Shown here: positions 48,083 to 61,195 of the stretch, piece by piece
Position numbering within the stretch: position 1 is the stretch's first letter
Layout: each line of letters begins with the position of its first letter
Assembly: GCA_004431415.1 (NCBI GenBank)
Contig: QPMI01000395.1
Coordinates: 496,001-560,000 of the forward strand
Length of the DNA: 64,000 nt
Origin: Cyanophora paradoxa CCMP329
Taxonomy: Eukaryota; Plantae; Glaucophyta
Reading direction: 5' to 3'
The notes under the pieces: generated by a model
What the model was told of the DNA's origin: nothing
Seen by the model: only the letters and a program-made list of their open reading frames with translations
Database searches by the model: none
Made by a program: the position numbers and the translations under genes

Positions 48083-50771
48083 TCAGAAGCCGGTTCCGGG
48101 CCCGCGGCCGGGGTACGGGATCGAAGCGACGGCGTCCCACGGCTTGAGGCCCCCCGAGGACTCGTCCCAGAACTCGGCCCCCTGCGCCCCGCATCGGATC
48201 GGAGGTCGAGGAGCTAGCCCCGCATCAAGATATCAAATTAAAAGCTCGGCTCACGTAGGTGGTGAGGACGAATTCGCGGATCAGGTGCTTGACCAAGCCC
48301 AGGTCGACCTTGCCCGCCTGGATCCTGCGCGATTCGAATTCGAGCTCAGCGGGCGCGTTACTTTAACGGCGCGTGAGGAAAGGAGGCGCTGACATTGCGG
48401 TGGTGAGGGCGAGGCGCTGCTCGGCGACCTTGCCCGTCACCTCCTGGTACCGCTCCCACACCGACGGCCCGTTCACGATCACCACAGGCGGCGTCGGGGG
48501 CGGCAGGGCCCGCCCGGCCGCGGCCCCCGGCCCCGCAGCGGCCGTGCCCGCGCGATTCGAGCTGCGCTTCACTGTGAGGCGGGGAAGCCTCGAGCTCGAG
48601 GCGGGCGGGCGCGGGGAGGGAGGGGCGGGCGCACTGCTGCTGCTGCCTGTGGCCGGGGCCGGTTGCGGCGTTGACCAAAGGGACCGCTCCAGGAATCGCT
48701 CCGGGCATGGCGCTCGAACTCGCGACTGCAGCTAGCGCGCGCCTGACCGCGGAGGCTGTTCCAGGTGTAGCGCTCGGGCTCACGACTGCAGCTGGCTCGC
48801 TCCCGGCCGCGGGGGCTGCTCCGGCCACAGCGACAGCTCCAGACATGACGCTCGAGCTTGCAACTGCAGCTGGCGCGCGCCCGGCCGCGGCCGCGGGGGC
48901 TGCTCCGGCCACGGGGAACGCTCCAGACATGACGCTCGAGCTTGCAACTGCAGCTGGCGCGCGCCCCGCCGCGGCAGCGGGGGCTGCTCCGGCCACGGGG
49001 AACGCTCCAGACATGACGCTCGAGCTTGCGACTGCAGCTGGCGCGCGCCCCGCCGCGGCCGTGGGGGCTGCTCCGGCCGCAGGGACCGCTCCAGGCATTG
49101 CGCTCGAGCTCGCGACTGCAGCTGGCGCGCGCCCCGCCGCGGCCGTGGGGGCTGCTCCGGCCACGGGGACCGCTCCAGGCATTGCGCTCGAGCTCGCGAC
49201 TGCAGCTGGCTCGCGCCCGGGCGCGGCCGCGGGGGCTGCTCCGGCCACGGGGAACGCTCCAGACATGACGCTCGAGCTTGCAACTGCAGCTGGCTCGCGC
49301 CCGGGCGCGGCCGCGGGGGCTGCTCCGGCCACGGGGACCGCTCCAGACATGACGGTCGAGCTCGCGACTGCAGCTGGCGCGCGCCCCGCCGCGGCCGCGG
49401 GGGCTGCTCCGGCCACGGGGACCGCTCCAGGCATTGCGCTCGAGTTCGCGACTGCAGCTGGCTCGCGCCCGGGCGCGGAGACTGCTCCGGCCACGGGGAA
49501 CGCTCCAGACATGACGCTCGAGCTTGCAACTGCAGCTGGCGCGCGTCCGGCCGCGGCCGCGGGGGCTGCTCCGGCCACGGGGACCGCTCCAGGCATTGCG
49601 CTCGAGTTCGCGACTGCAGCTGGCTCGCGCCCGGGCGCGGAGACTGCTCCGGCCACGGGGAACGCTCCAGACATGACGCTCGAGCTTGCAACTGCAGCTG
49701 GCGCGCGTCCGGCCGCGGCCGCGGGGGCTGCTCCGGCCACGGGGACCGCTCCAGGTATTGCGCTCGAGCTCGCGACTGCAGCTGCCGCGCGCCCGGCCGC
49801 GGGGGCTGCTCCGGGGGCCGCTCCAGGCATGGAGCTCAAGCTCGCGATCGGCGCGCGGCCGACCGCGGGGGCTGCTCCGGGGACCGCTCCGGGGATTGCG
49901 CTCGAGCTCGCGATCGGTGCCCGCCCAAATGGTTCTGGGGCCCTGGGGGCGCCCGGGGGAGACGGCCAGGGCGGGGCGGAGCTCCGGGGGGCGAGCCCCG
50001 CGCCGCGGCCCGCGCCGCCCTCGTCGCTCGAGCTCGACGACGAGCTCGAGATCCACGAGTGCATTTCCCTGCGAATAATCATGACATCAATAAATAAGAA
50101 AGAGATCTAGCTAGAGGAAAGAACTGCAGGCAGGCTCGGAGAGGGGGAACGTCGGCGGGCGGGCGCGGCGCACTCGTTGGGCCACGGCAGGAGGTCCGGC
50201 CCCGGGGCCCCCGGCTCCGGCTCCGGCTCCGGTTCCGGCTCCGGCCCGCGCTGCAGGTGCGGTGGCCCGCCCCTCGCGATGCACCTCTGGCGCGCTCGCT
50301 CGGCCAAGAAGACCTGCCGAGATATAGCTTATAATAAGCTTATAATAATAACTAGGCTCAAGCTTCTGCCAAGAAGACCTGCGTGCGCCTCGTGTTCTTT
50401 GCCACCGCCCTGCGCGCGCACACGAAAAGCTTGAGAGTGAGATCTAGAGGCCGCGGCCGTCGGTCCGGATCCGACGCTTCGGAGCCTCGGCGTCCCCGAT
50501 GAGGCAAGGGCGACGCGTGCACGCACGCTGCGACCTTCTCGCGGTTCCTCTCGTACACGGCCTTGAGCTCGGCCAGGCCGCCGGTGTACCGGGTCTGGAG
50601 GCGCGGCACGATGTGCTTCTCTGCGTACTGGATGTACTTGGGGTCCAGCATCTGCTCCAAGCGCATCGCGGTCACCCTGTCGAACACGCAGAGCGCCGGC
50701 TCGCGCCTAACCGCCAGGTGGTACCTGCAGTGACCGAGTAAGGCACGGCGCGGGCGCGGGAGACTGGCCAT
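48083..50771 (-). CDS. Hypothetical protein with central Ala/Pro/Ser tandem-repeat region
   Basis: Exons MASLPRPRR...ERNREKVAA, VFLAERAR...(PE)n, REMHSWISS..repeats.., IQAGKVDLGLVKHLIREFVLTTY, AEFWDESS..GTGF*. Confidence 0.55.
48690..49920. repeat. Coding minisatellite, 84-bp unit with 78-bp variants, about 14 copies
   Basis: Unit encodes PGAVPVAGAAPAAAAGRAPAAVASSSAM; unit lengths are multiples of 3. Confidence 0.9.
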
Positions 50772-51012
50772 GGCGCTGACGACTCGACGCGCCGCGGTCA
50801 CTACATACATTGCAAGCTGGAGGGGGTGAGCACAAGGCCCCGGGGGGTGTAAATATAATCGCTATAATGACTATCATCGACGTGGTCACTAGAGTCGCTT
50901 AATGTAAATACGACGCGAAAGCTAAAGACGAAACTGGAGCTGGAGCTAATTAACTCGCTTAAGCTTCGAAGCTATATTATATCACTTCAAATAGGCTTAG
51001 TTAGTGTCCCAA

Positions 51013-51287
51013 TGTGATCCCAGCCCCATGCCTAGGCAGCAGGCGCGCAGGCGTAGCACGAACGGGTCGCAGCTGGGCTTCTTACAGGACTGAGGGGGTA
51101 TCGAACAACGTAGGGGGGGGTACAGAATCTGTCTACGAACCGGCAACGCCGGAGGAGTCCTAGGTACTGCGGAGGTACCGGCAAGTCTATGAGCTATTGA
51201 GAAGTGCTACAGCCTCAGCCCGCGCACTAGCACTATACTACAGAGTGGCTCGAAGGCCTGAATGCAAGCTAAACTACAGTGGCAACA
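51013..51287 (-). repeat. Candidate 3' LTR (TGTTG...TCACA on minus strand) preceded by PPT-like GGGACAAGAGGGC
   Basis: Purine tract at 51288-51300; TG/CA ends; host-like sequence to the left. Alternative start at 51742 (TGTGAT..ATCACA). Second LTR not in window. Confidence 0.4.
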
Positions 51288-51694
51288 GCCCTCTTGTCCC
51301 TAGGTCGCGTCCTCGCGGCCACACCAGGCGGCCGTCCCGACAGACTTACGGGCCCCGAGGCCCCGCTGCAGCCTTGACAGAGCAAAACCAAGCAGCGGTG
51401 TACAGCCGCTACCCAGCCGCTCGCTGCGCAAAGGAAAAGTTTTAGTTTAGCGCGAGCAATGGCCCTCGGCCCGCGACATCGGTCCGGCATGATCCGGTAC
51501 TCGCCTCGTCTCAGAATGGTAGCAGGGAAACCCAGGGGCCACACATTCCAGGGGAGCGCGCGTGCAGGGTGCACCGCCTCAGAGACGGGGAGCAAATCAC
51601 CATCCAATTTGTCATCGCTCAGAAAGGATCCCAACCGTTAACGTCGACTGATCAGCGTGAGGCAGCCGTGGCCGCGTCACGTGTGGCAATCGAC

Positions 51695-54600
51695 TCACGC
51701 CGAGGTGGCGTCAGCATCTCCATCCTCAGAGTCAACATCACAGTCATCTACAACGACGGCCTCGCCGACAGGTTCCGGGGGTACCACGACCTCGTCCTCT
51801 TCGACCTCGTCGTCAAGGGGTACAGCTCCATCAATGGCGTCGGGATCGCTCGCGGCCGGAGGGGGAGCGGCTCGAGGCGGTCGGCCCTGACGTCGAGGCT
51901 CTGCCACGTCGGCCGGCCGATCGTAAAAGGGGATCATGAGGTCAACGTGAACAAGGATCGACTGGGATCGATGCATGTTCGACGATGGCTCCCCGCGTAC
52001 AGTGTACAGAAGGCCTCGGGAATGGATCTCCTGCACCACGTAGGGACCCGTCCAGCCATTCCTCGGCCCCTTGATTCGCGCGCTAGTCTTGGCAGTGATA
52101 ATCCACACCAACACCTTGTCGCCAGGCTGGAAGACATAGGTAGGCTCGCGGCCAGTCCCGTAACGGAGCAACTTCTCGTTGTAAAGACGCCGGTGCTCGG
52201 CCACCGCAGTGATCCGATCCTTAGCGGCCCTCGCCGCCGACAGCGCGTACTCGTACAGAGAGATCGACTCTTCGTTTGGTTCCCGCAGTACCAGATCGAG
52301 TCGAAGCTCATCGGGTAGGAGCAGTTCGCGCCCGTAGTGTAAGACTGCCGGCGAGAACCCAGTCGCCGCATGGATTGTTGTCCTCAAGGCAAAGAGAACT
52401 TTGTAATGATGGAAGGGCCAGTGAGCGCGAGGCTCGTGGTTCTCGTCGCACATCGCGTACACCAATCGCTTGTAGATGCCGCCCAGACGCTCAGCGCCAC
52501 CGTTGGTAGATTGGTGGTTGATCCCAGTGTAGATCATGCGCGTACCCTTGGCTCGCCAGAAGGTTCCCCAAAGAGACTTCGGTCCGAGGACCGTCCCGTT
52601 GTCAGAGAGGTAACGCTTGGGAGCACCGTTAGCCGCGAAGATGATCTGTGCCGCCATCTCCAGGGCCTGGCCGTCAGCCGCGGTGTACATGATAATCTCC
52701 GGGAACTTGGTGAAGGCGTCGACGTCGACTATCACGCCGGTGAAGAGGTGGACCCCGCGCCTGTGAGGTTCCATGGGGAACAGGTCGACCTGCCTCAAGT
52801 CCCCAGGATGCGCGGATTCCAGCACCATGTGTTGGACTCTCGGGCGGCGTTGCGCCTTCGCGAACTGGCAGTGTCGGCACGTTTTCACGAAGCGGTGAAC
52901 AGCGTTCGTCATCCCCGGCCACCAGAAACGAGACGCGATACGCCGCGCCACAATGGGAGCGCCGCGGTGTGCCCACCCGTCGTGATACACCTCGAGGAAG
53001 GTGCGTCGCCACGACGGGGGAACGAGGATTTGAGCTCGCATGGTAGGCAGGAATGGTAGCCGAAGGACAGTGCCCTCCTCATCGATCGTGTAGCCCTCGG
53101 TTTCACGAGCGAACCGTCGTCTCGCAGACTCGCAGTGAATGCATTGCTGCACAATCTCTGTTTCTACCGTCGCCGCTCGCCGGTGCCGAAGGCACATGGC
53201 GTTGTTCTCGCCCTTGCAGATGAAGGCTCGCAGCAGTTGACAGAGCGGGTCCTCCGCCTGTGCTGCAACGACGGCGGCGCCGTCGACAGCGAGTTTGGCA
53301 ACAGACGGTGGTACGGGGACGTCGACCAGTGGTCGGGGTCCCTGCAGCCACGTATCTTCCACCACCACGTCGTCAGGTAGATGGATGACTGCGGGCTTGT
53401 TGCGGTCTCCTCCGGCAGGGCCAATAGGAGACTTGTCCAGCGGCGCGACAGCGTCGGTGCTCATCGGAGTAGGCTGAGGAATTCCAGAGTCGCGTTGCTG
53501 CTGTAAGTACGCCTCGTACTCAGCTTCGTCGGCGACGTCGAGAACGGCGGGGGGCGCAATGGAGTGGCGAGAGGATCGAGATCTCCTCCCTGGGAGGCGA
53601 GGGGGCAGGTCTGCGGCCCGCTGAGGGGTGTCTGCTGACTGCTTCCACGCTTCCCAGTCGGCGTTCCTCGCTTCGCGTCGCGTCGACTTGGTCGGCGGTT
53701 CCGGTCGGTTGCACGAGCGGCGGTTGGCATCGTGACGACTCTTGGCCTGGTCTGACAGCTGCTCGCGGCGGTTATCGAGGGCCTGCTTGTACTGCTCCTC
53801 TGACTCGCGGCGTTGCTGCTTGGTTGTCGTCTTCGCCTTGTCTCGCTCACCACGTGCAAGCCGCTCGGTGAGCGGGTCGCGCGGAGGTGGAGCGGGGATT
53901 CCGTTGCCGACGGACGAGGTAGAAGGGCCAGCTTGCGCCTGGAGGCGTTTCCGATCTCGTTCGGATTCCAAAGCTCGCAAGTACGAGTCGTTTAGAGGGG
54001 GAGGAGGGGGGAGTTTCCGCGGGCGTCCACGTGGTCGCTTCGGGAAAGGGGGCACGGGGGCTGGGCAGCCCTCTTGTCCCTGAGACTGAGCTCCGTCCGC
54101 GTGGGGTGGTAGCGAAGGCTCAGTGCGAGTGCGTCGGGGCGGAGGGGGCTGTGCACTCTCGTCCTCGTCACCGGTGTCACTGTCGCCGTCGGGCCGAATT
54201 CGCCGTCGCGAACTGGGGGGTGACGTCGGCGGCTGGGGTGCTGTAGAGGAGGGACCGAGCCGTTGGCCAACGGGTCGATGCTCGTCTACAGGGGGCGCTT
54301 GGCGACGCCGCTTCGCTCCCGGCGCCAACGCCCATGCTGGCCCGTCGAGCGTGTCCGTGGGGGCTACCGCGAAGAGCTGGGTTGGGTCGTCGAGATCGCC
54401 TCGGCGGGGTACACCGAATCCTCGAGCTCCGTCGGGGATGTCAGTCGTGAGGTCTGAGCCGTCACCCGCTCCTGGGAGGAAGAGGTCGTGTGACGGTTCC
54501 AGACGCGACTCGAAGTCTGCAACAACGTTGGTGCGCCCCGCGCGGTACTCGATGGTGTAGTTGTAGCCCTGAAGTCCCAGCGCCGCTCGACAGAGCGCCT

Positions 54601-55995
54601 TGTTGTTCGTCACGTCCTGTGACTTCAACCATTGGAGTGCCGAGTGATCGGTCCGGACTGTAAATGGGTGCCCGCACTCGAAGTAATGGCTCCACACTTT
54701 CACCGCCCAGAGTACCGCGATGCATTCCCCTTCCGTCGGACTTTGAAACTTGCGCTCCGTCGCAGTCAGGGTCCTGCTGATGAAAGCGATGGGACGCTCT
54801 CGTCCGCAGTCGTCAGCCTGCATGAGGACCGCCCCCATGGCGCGCTTGCTCCAGTCCGTGTGGATGACGAATGGTTTGGCAAAGTCGGGTAAGAGTAGTG
54901 CGACATCCTCCATGATGGCGGCCTTGAGGTCGTCCAGCGCCCGTCGAGCGTCATCGTCCCAGGTGACCGTCAGCGAGTCAGCTCGTGTTGCTCGCGTGAC
55001 TAGGTCGCGTAGGGGCAGTTCCCGCTTCGCGTAGTTGCGAATGAACCGTCTGTAGAATCCAGTCATGCCGATGAAGCTGCGAATGGACTCGACAGTTCCG
55101 AGATCTTTTTCCTGGGTCTTCTCGATGAGGGCCATCTTGGTCTTGTCCATCTTCACGCCGTTGCGGCTGACACGGTGTCCGAGTAGGTCGATCTCTTTCA
55201 CCATGAAACGGCATTTGGACGGTTTGAGCTTGAGGTTTCCTCGCTCGATCGCGGCGAAGAAAGCCTCAAGGTCGACAAGGTGTTGTGAGGCCGTCGGGGA
55301 GTGGACCGTGAGGTCATCAACGTAAGCGACAACGCTTGTCGACAGCAGATTGCCCAAGATCGATGTCACTGCTCGACAGAACGCCGCTGGTCCGTTCGTA
55401 ATACCAAACGGGGTAACTCGCCATTGGTACATGCCCCAGGGCACGATAAACGTCGTCAGAGGCCTGGATTCTTCGTCGAGTTCAAGCTGCCAGAACCCGG
55501 AGGTGGCGTCACACGTCGAGAAGTACGTCGCGCCTTGCAGGCGTTCGAGTTGATCGTCTATTCTCGGGAGAGGAAAGACGTCGCGCTCCGTGAGCGAATT
55601 CAGCTTGCGGTAATCGACGCAAAATCTCATTGTCCCGTCCTTCTTGGGCGCCAGTACCACTGGGGAACCGTATCCAGCTTGGGAGGGTTCGATCAGACCA
55701 TCTTGCAGCAGTCGTTCGATTTCGGCTTTGGCCGCCTTCTCAGCAGGGGGAGAGAGGCGCCGGGGCACGCTGTACAAAGGCAGATGCTTCGTAGGTACGC
55801 CGGGGAGGAGTCGGATGCTGTGACGGTACTTCAGTAGCTCTTTGGGGTTGATGCGCTGCGCGAAGCAGTGCGCCATCCGTGTGAAGAGGCTACGTAGTTG
55901 GTCACGCTCCTCCTCCGTCACATCGTTGTCGTCTTTCGACGGCTGCATGAGATCGTCGACGAGTTGTCGGACCTCCTCCTCCGTCTGTGGTGGGG
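51695..55995 (-). CDS. pol: Pol: reverse transcriptase, RNase H, long linker with AT-hook, integrase
   Basis: ORF 51695..56176 with intact YVDD, RNase H acidic residues, integrase HHCC, DDE and GPY motifs; no chromodomain seen. Confidence 0.95.
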
Positions 55996-58750
55996 GGTGG
56001 CGTTGGCGCTCGAAGGAGGTTCCATTGCGTGGGGTTCGGCGGGTGAAGCGGAGGAGATGGTGATGCAACGCGGTTGCGCCGACGGCGTGGTCGGGGCAAA
56101 CGTGATGCATACAGGGCTGAGGAGGGGCCTGCCTTGCCGATAGGTATCGGCAAAGTGGGGTTCGAAGATCTTGCACAACTCGTTGATCTCCGATGGCATC
56201 AGAATCGCGCGTGATTCTCGGGTGTATCGCGTGACGAACGCAGTCACGAAGCGTGAGAGTTGGGTTTGAGCTTCGGAAGTGAGGACTGGGGGCGTCGGCG
56301 CCGCTCTGTGAGCGGGGTCTAGGCCTTGGTCCTCGGTCTGGGGTTGTGGTGGCCGTGCAAAAACAGAGGGGTACTGTTCGTGCACTCGGGATACGTAACG
56401 TCGAGGCTGTGATCGCCCAGGTACAATCACGGGTTGCACATTGGAGAGGATTTGGACGGCAATGGAAGAGATGGGGAACTTGCGCTTCTCGTCACTCGAC
56501 CAGGTCTTGTAAGTACCCGTCGGGTATCGATGGACGTCGTCGTGGGGTCGGAACTCGCTCTCGGGCCACTTGCCGAATTCCGCCTCCGCGATGACGGTCC
56601 CCGCTTTCAAGCGGACGGGTCGGCGTTGTGGATTGCAGACCTGAGCGAGGAAAGCTCCTCCTCGAGGACGTCGATGTATTTGGTGAGGGACAAGATGACG
56701 CGGTTCATCTCCTTCACCGGGGTCGTCGGCTCCGTCGTCGTCTCCAACAATGTGCGGCGGCGGCGTGAGGAGCATCTCCGGCGCATCGTCAGTCGCGTCT
56801 TGAGGGCCCGTCGAGACGTAACAGCGAACGAGAGCTTCGCCTGGCCCGACGGTGACATCTTGGGCGAGGCGGACCAGAACGCCCCCGTCGGTCTGGTCCG
56901 CAAGCAAAAAGGGACATGGTATCGTTCGCCATTGTCGGCGTCAGGTGCCGTGATCGTCATTCCCAGTTAGTCGGGTCGAGCGAGATGTGAGCGTTCATGG
57001 CAATGAGCGTCGCCAATCCAAGGAGCATTTGAGTAGACCCCATGAGGCCCTTGTCCACCACTAGGACCTCTCTCACCGACCGTACGGGACCAATCATGAC
57101 CGCCATGTAGGCGATGCGAGCGTAAGCCGTCATGTCGTCGCCAAATCCGGTCAGTTGTACTGGCGGCGCGCGGCTGTAACGGAGGCCCTCGATGCGCGCA
57201 GCGAGGTCTCCGTCAATCACGTCAGCTGCGGCGCCCGTATCCACCAACGCCAGAGTTTTGACGGACGGTCCGACTTTCCGTCCTGGTGCATAGGACCCGA
57301 GTCGCACCGACACGCAGATGCGACCATCTGCAATCCGTTGCTTCATTGTCCGGTCGGGTTTTGTCAGCTGAGCGATTCGACGTCCAATTGCCGTATCCTC
57401 GGCTGTAGGTATGTCGTTAGGAGACACGATGTCACCCAGCCAACCGAGCATTCTTGCCGTGCGGACACGAAGTGCTGTCTGGTAGCTCCGTTCCACTGGC
57501 GTCGTCAAAGGTCGTGACGATGAGATGGCGTCAGGTGGGAGGCGGGCAACCCGGATGCGGGCAGTCTTCTCCACCTTGGAGACCGATTCATGTGCTCTGT
57601 TGAAAACATGTACCGCCGCGAAGGTTCGAGGTCGGTTTGGAATCAGGCGGGTGCTGTTGGACGGCACCGGGCCGCTGCTAGGACGAGTGCTGTGGTCCTG
57701 CCGGCTGAATCCGAGTCCTCGTCTCGGGGATGTTGTGAGGTATTGGGCGTGTACGCTGGTCTTCCGGCCAAACCAGATGTAAGCGATGCTCTCATCCGAG
57801 TCAGGGTTGGGATCGAAGTCGACGAGCGTGTCGTATTCCGCGTAATGATGGCCGTGGCGACTGAGGCCCTCGCGCAAGTAGCTGACCAGCGTCTTCCACT
57901 GGTGAGGTAGGCGGGTGTCGCCCTGCAGGATCGAGTTGAAGTAAAATCGAGCGCGGTCCCGATGGATGGAGACGAGCGAGGCGTGTTTGACCGCGTCCCA
58001 CGCGGTGAACCCCAAAGTGTTCATGATGAACGCCATGCGAGTGAACAGGGCGCGTGTGCGCACGACGTCCAAGGAGGCTCCCGCCGAGTTGGAGAGGTCA
58101 GGCGGCCGTGCTCGCAGATCCTCAGCCAATGACACGAGGGCGTCAGCATTGAGCTGATGCGGTGTTCGGAATGCGCTCCAGTCATACAAATCGTATTCAG
58201 TCCTGAAGTTCGTTCCGTCTTCGTCCCAGAGGTCTGGCCAGAGTACGGGGATGGACTCGTGAGACTGACCGTGTGCCGCGAAGCGTTCCCAGCTGTACTC
58301 CGTGTACGAGGTGTCCACAGGCGTTTGGGAGAGGTCACGGTAGTGTGCACGGAAGTAGAAGGTAGGCGGGAGGGCTCCTTTACTTCCGCGTGGAGCTAGT
58401 GCCGAAGTTCGAGAAGTCGTGCTTGTGGTGTCGCTGTCGCTGCCCGCTACCGGTGGTGTTCGGGCGACGCGCCGGAAGCGAACGCGGTGAACTCCTGTTT
58501 GGGGCAGACGGGGCTTGAACTCGGGTGCGACGTCGAAGCGACAAAGGCGAAGTGCCCGAGCCGTGTCACCCCTGTCAATCACGACGGGCGTCTTGCCGCC
58601 GACCCGAGCACCGTCAATTGTTCGCGGTGTGATCCACAGGGCCCATTTGTGCTCCTTCTCGCCGTCGTTCGGGAGGTCTGTCTCCTTCATGCGCTTCGGC
58701 CTCGGCTTCGTACCGGCTAGACTTGGATTCGCGGCGGCCGCGTTCTGCCG
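55996..58750 (-). CDS. Gag-capsid-like segment, aspartic protease and beta-rich PR-RT linker (frameshifted pieces)
   Basis: RARFYFNSILQGDTRLPHQWKTLVSYLREGL..DESIAY resembles the retrotransposon Gag pattern (weak); ALVDTGAAADVI..MLLGLATL is a retropepsin; DVTVGPGE..VCNPQRRPVRLKAGTVIAEA resembles the linker of many gypsy elements. Confidence 0.7.
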
Positions 58751-61195
58751 TCGTACCAGTCGGGCTGCTCCATCGTCCCCGTCGCCTGGTCGTACAGGTA
58801 CGTCCGCGGGTATCGGGGGTCGACTTGTAGAGCGCCGCGCAGCGGGTTGATGGACAACCCGACGCCCTCAAATGGTCCGGGAGGAGCTCCGTCCTCGTCG
58901 TCACCGATGTAGAGGTGGGGCCCGAAACGGCTAGGATTTGCTCCGTCGGCTTCTGTGAGACCTCCGCTGTACCGCAAGGGGGGTGCCAGTTCAGCTGTCA
59001 TGGTGATGCGGTCGTCCCGTGACGTGCCGGAAGCGTTGTAAGCCAGCGTTATCCAGCGCGTACGATGCTCCACGAGGTCGTCGGAGAACAGTATTGCGCC
59101 GTAGTCAAGGAGAAACAATTCGGGAATCGAATCTTCCTCGGACGCGTGGATCTCATTGTACTGTAGGAGTACCTCCGGACCCACGTGCTGTTCGTAATGA
59201 CGCCAGGACCGTTCGAACTCGTTCCTGTTGAACGTGTATTGGCTCACGCCCATGCCGAGGTTGTCCATGCCCCTGTTGCCGACCATGGTTCCGTCGTGTC
59301 CAAACATCTCGATGACGTTGACAGGGAGGTCGAAGGCAGCGGGAAAGTGTGCATGCTGCGACTGGCGATCTTCGTAGCGTTGCCATGTCTCCTTGGCTGT
59401 TGTGGAGGCGCGCCCGGCATTGCCGAGGGCCCCGTGGCGGACAACTGCCGCGAGTTGCGTTGTAATCGCCGTGACTAGTAGTGCCATGAAGGCCGTTGCA
59501 AACATGGCGCCGGGTGGTGGTGTTGCCGTGCCAAAATCCCGGGCGTACCAGTCTTGCAGTTCCTGAGACACGGTCATGTTGCCGTCGTCGTCGACACGGA
59601 AGTGTAGTAGGCTCGCATTCGAAGTCACGTATTCGTCGAGAATCTCCAGCAGGCCGTCGTGGATTGGCATCTGTTTCGACGGGAACGCCGTGTACAAACG
59701 GATTGAAGCTGCTACGTGATGTGCGAAGTGGTGGACCCAGTGATGTACTTCCGGCTTGAAGGGGATAACGTGGATGAATGCGCCCTCCGTCGGCCTAGTA
59801 GGCCTCTCGATGGTCTTCCAGACGCCGCCGGGTAGGATCGTCTCCTCAAGCAGAATTGGTATGCGATTGTAGTCGAAGTATGCAGGCTGGTCCGCGGGCC
59901 GTTGTGGCCTGTTCGAACGGGCGATTTGGAGCCAAGTGTCACGGTTGTTGGCATCGAACACGTGAACGACAGCCTGGGTGTCCCTGGTCCGCGTCTTTGT
60001 GTAAATTCGCGGGCCGCCGTTGGCGAAGACTTCCAGGGTGTCGCTCAGTATCGTCGGGGAGTTGAACTCGTGGAACGTGCCAGCATGGGGTCCGCCGTTG
60101 CCAAGCGGGGGAGCCATTTCATGTCCCTGAGGCCGCTCGAGTGGGCTTCGGAACGCTGTGAGGTAGTTACCGAGCTCATTCAACGGGTTGTGCTCATTGG
60201 TGGGAGCGATTGTCAAGGTGGTAAACTTGATCTCGCAACGGTTCTTGCGGGTATTGCCGTCATCTGTCACGGTCTGCACCCCGTGCAGGTACGGGTTGGA
60301 ACGATTGCGTGCCCGATGGCGTACCACGCCGTCGAGCGCCTGTAGTGCTCCGCGCCAACGAAGCTGGTTAAGCGCGTGGATCGGTCTGAACTCTGGAAGC
60401 TTCCGCATGAACTTGTCCATGTTCGTGTCGCCGTGCATGAAGTACTGAATTTGGCTCTCTGCCAGTGGGTGTTCCCATTCAGGCTTCGTATTCACGTACT
60501 CCTCCAATGCCGTCAAGTCACGCGTGAACGAGGACCGAGGTTGCGAGGCACTGCACATTTCTGCCACGAGGACGGCAGACCACGGAGTGTATCTCATGTT
60601 CTCGGCCATCGCGGAGCTGAGAGTACTGAGAAAGAATTCGACGCCTCGGAATGCGAGCGGCTGTTTGTTGATCGTGTATACTTCGTTGCGCGTGTCTGAG
60701 CGTGTCACGTCGTAGAGTTGCACCGTACTATCCTCGGGGATAGTGGGGTCCTCCAGACGTTCGAGTGCCGGCAGATCCTTGTGGTAAGACAGCGTGAACA
60801 AGCGGAAGTCGTTGTGTTGTCCCCTCCCGTGCTGGAGGCCCGAGTGCCCCGCCTCAAATGCCCACTGAGTATCGACGCTGTCGTCGAGTCCCCGCACTTG
60901 AGTATGATTGCTTGCGGTGGATGCGTTCCTGGGGTCGCCCCACCATCCGACGCGTTCGAACTTGTCGGTAACGTAGCCGTTCTCGATGATGTCGGCACCG
61001 AAGAACTTGTAGTAATATCGGGTACCGAATATGGCCCGGGCGTTCCGGCTGAGGTCGACAGTTTCGTAAAACCAATCGTCACCAGCCTCGTCTTCCGATA
61101 TTACTGTCTTGCGGCCCTTTTTCAGGCCCACGCGTTTAGCAGTTGAGCCTGAAGTTGTGCTACGTGGTTGCTGCACCGGTGCCGGGGCGGTCGTT
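58717..61195 (-). CDS. Unrecognised ~820-aa segment of retroelement polyprotein
   Basis: Long stop-free, intronless ORF with globular-protein composition; no motif recognised. Confidence 0.75.

Noticed and set aside
45997-49920. 99-bp and 84-bp arrays as CRISPR-like arrays
   Set aside because: Contiguous tandem units without unique spacers; no cas genes; eukaryotic context.
48569-50110. Plus-strand 479-aa and alternate-frame repeat ORFs
   Set aside because: Shadows of the minisatellite; flanking exons support the minus-strand Ala/Pro/Ser frame.
51569-53059. Plus-strand ORFs (249 and 229 aa) over integrase
   Set aside because: Antisense shadows of a GC-rich coding frame.
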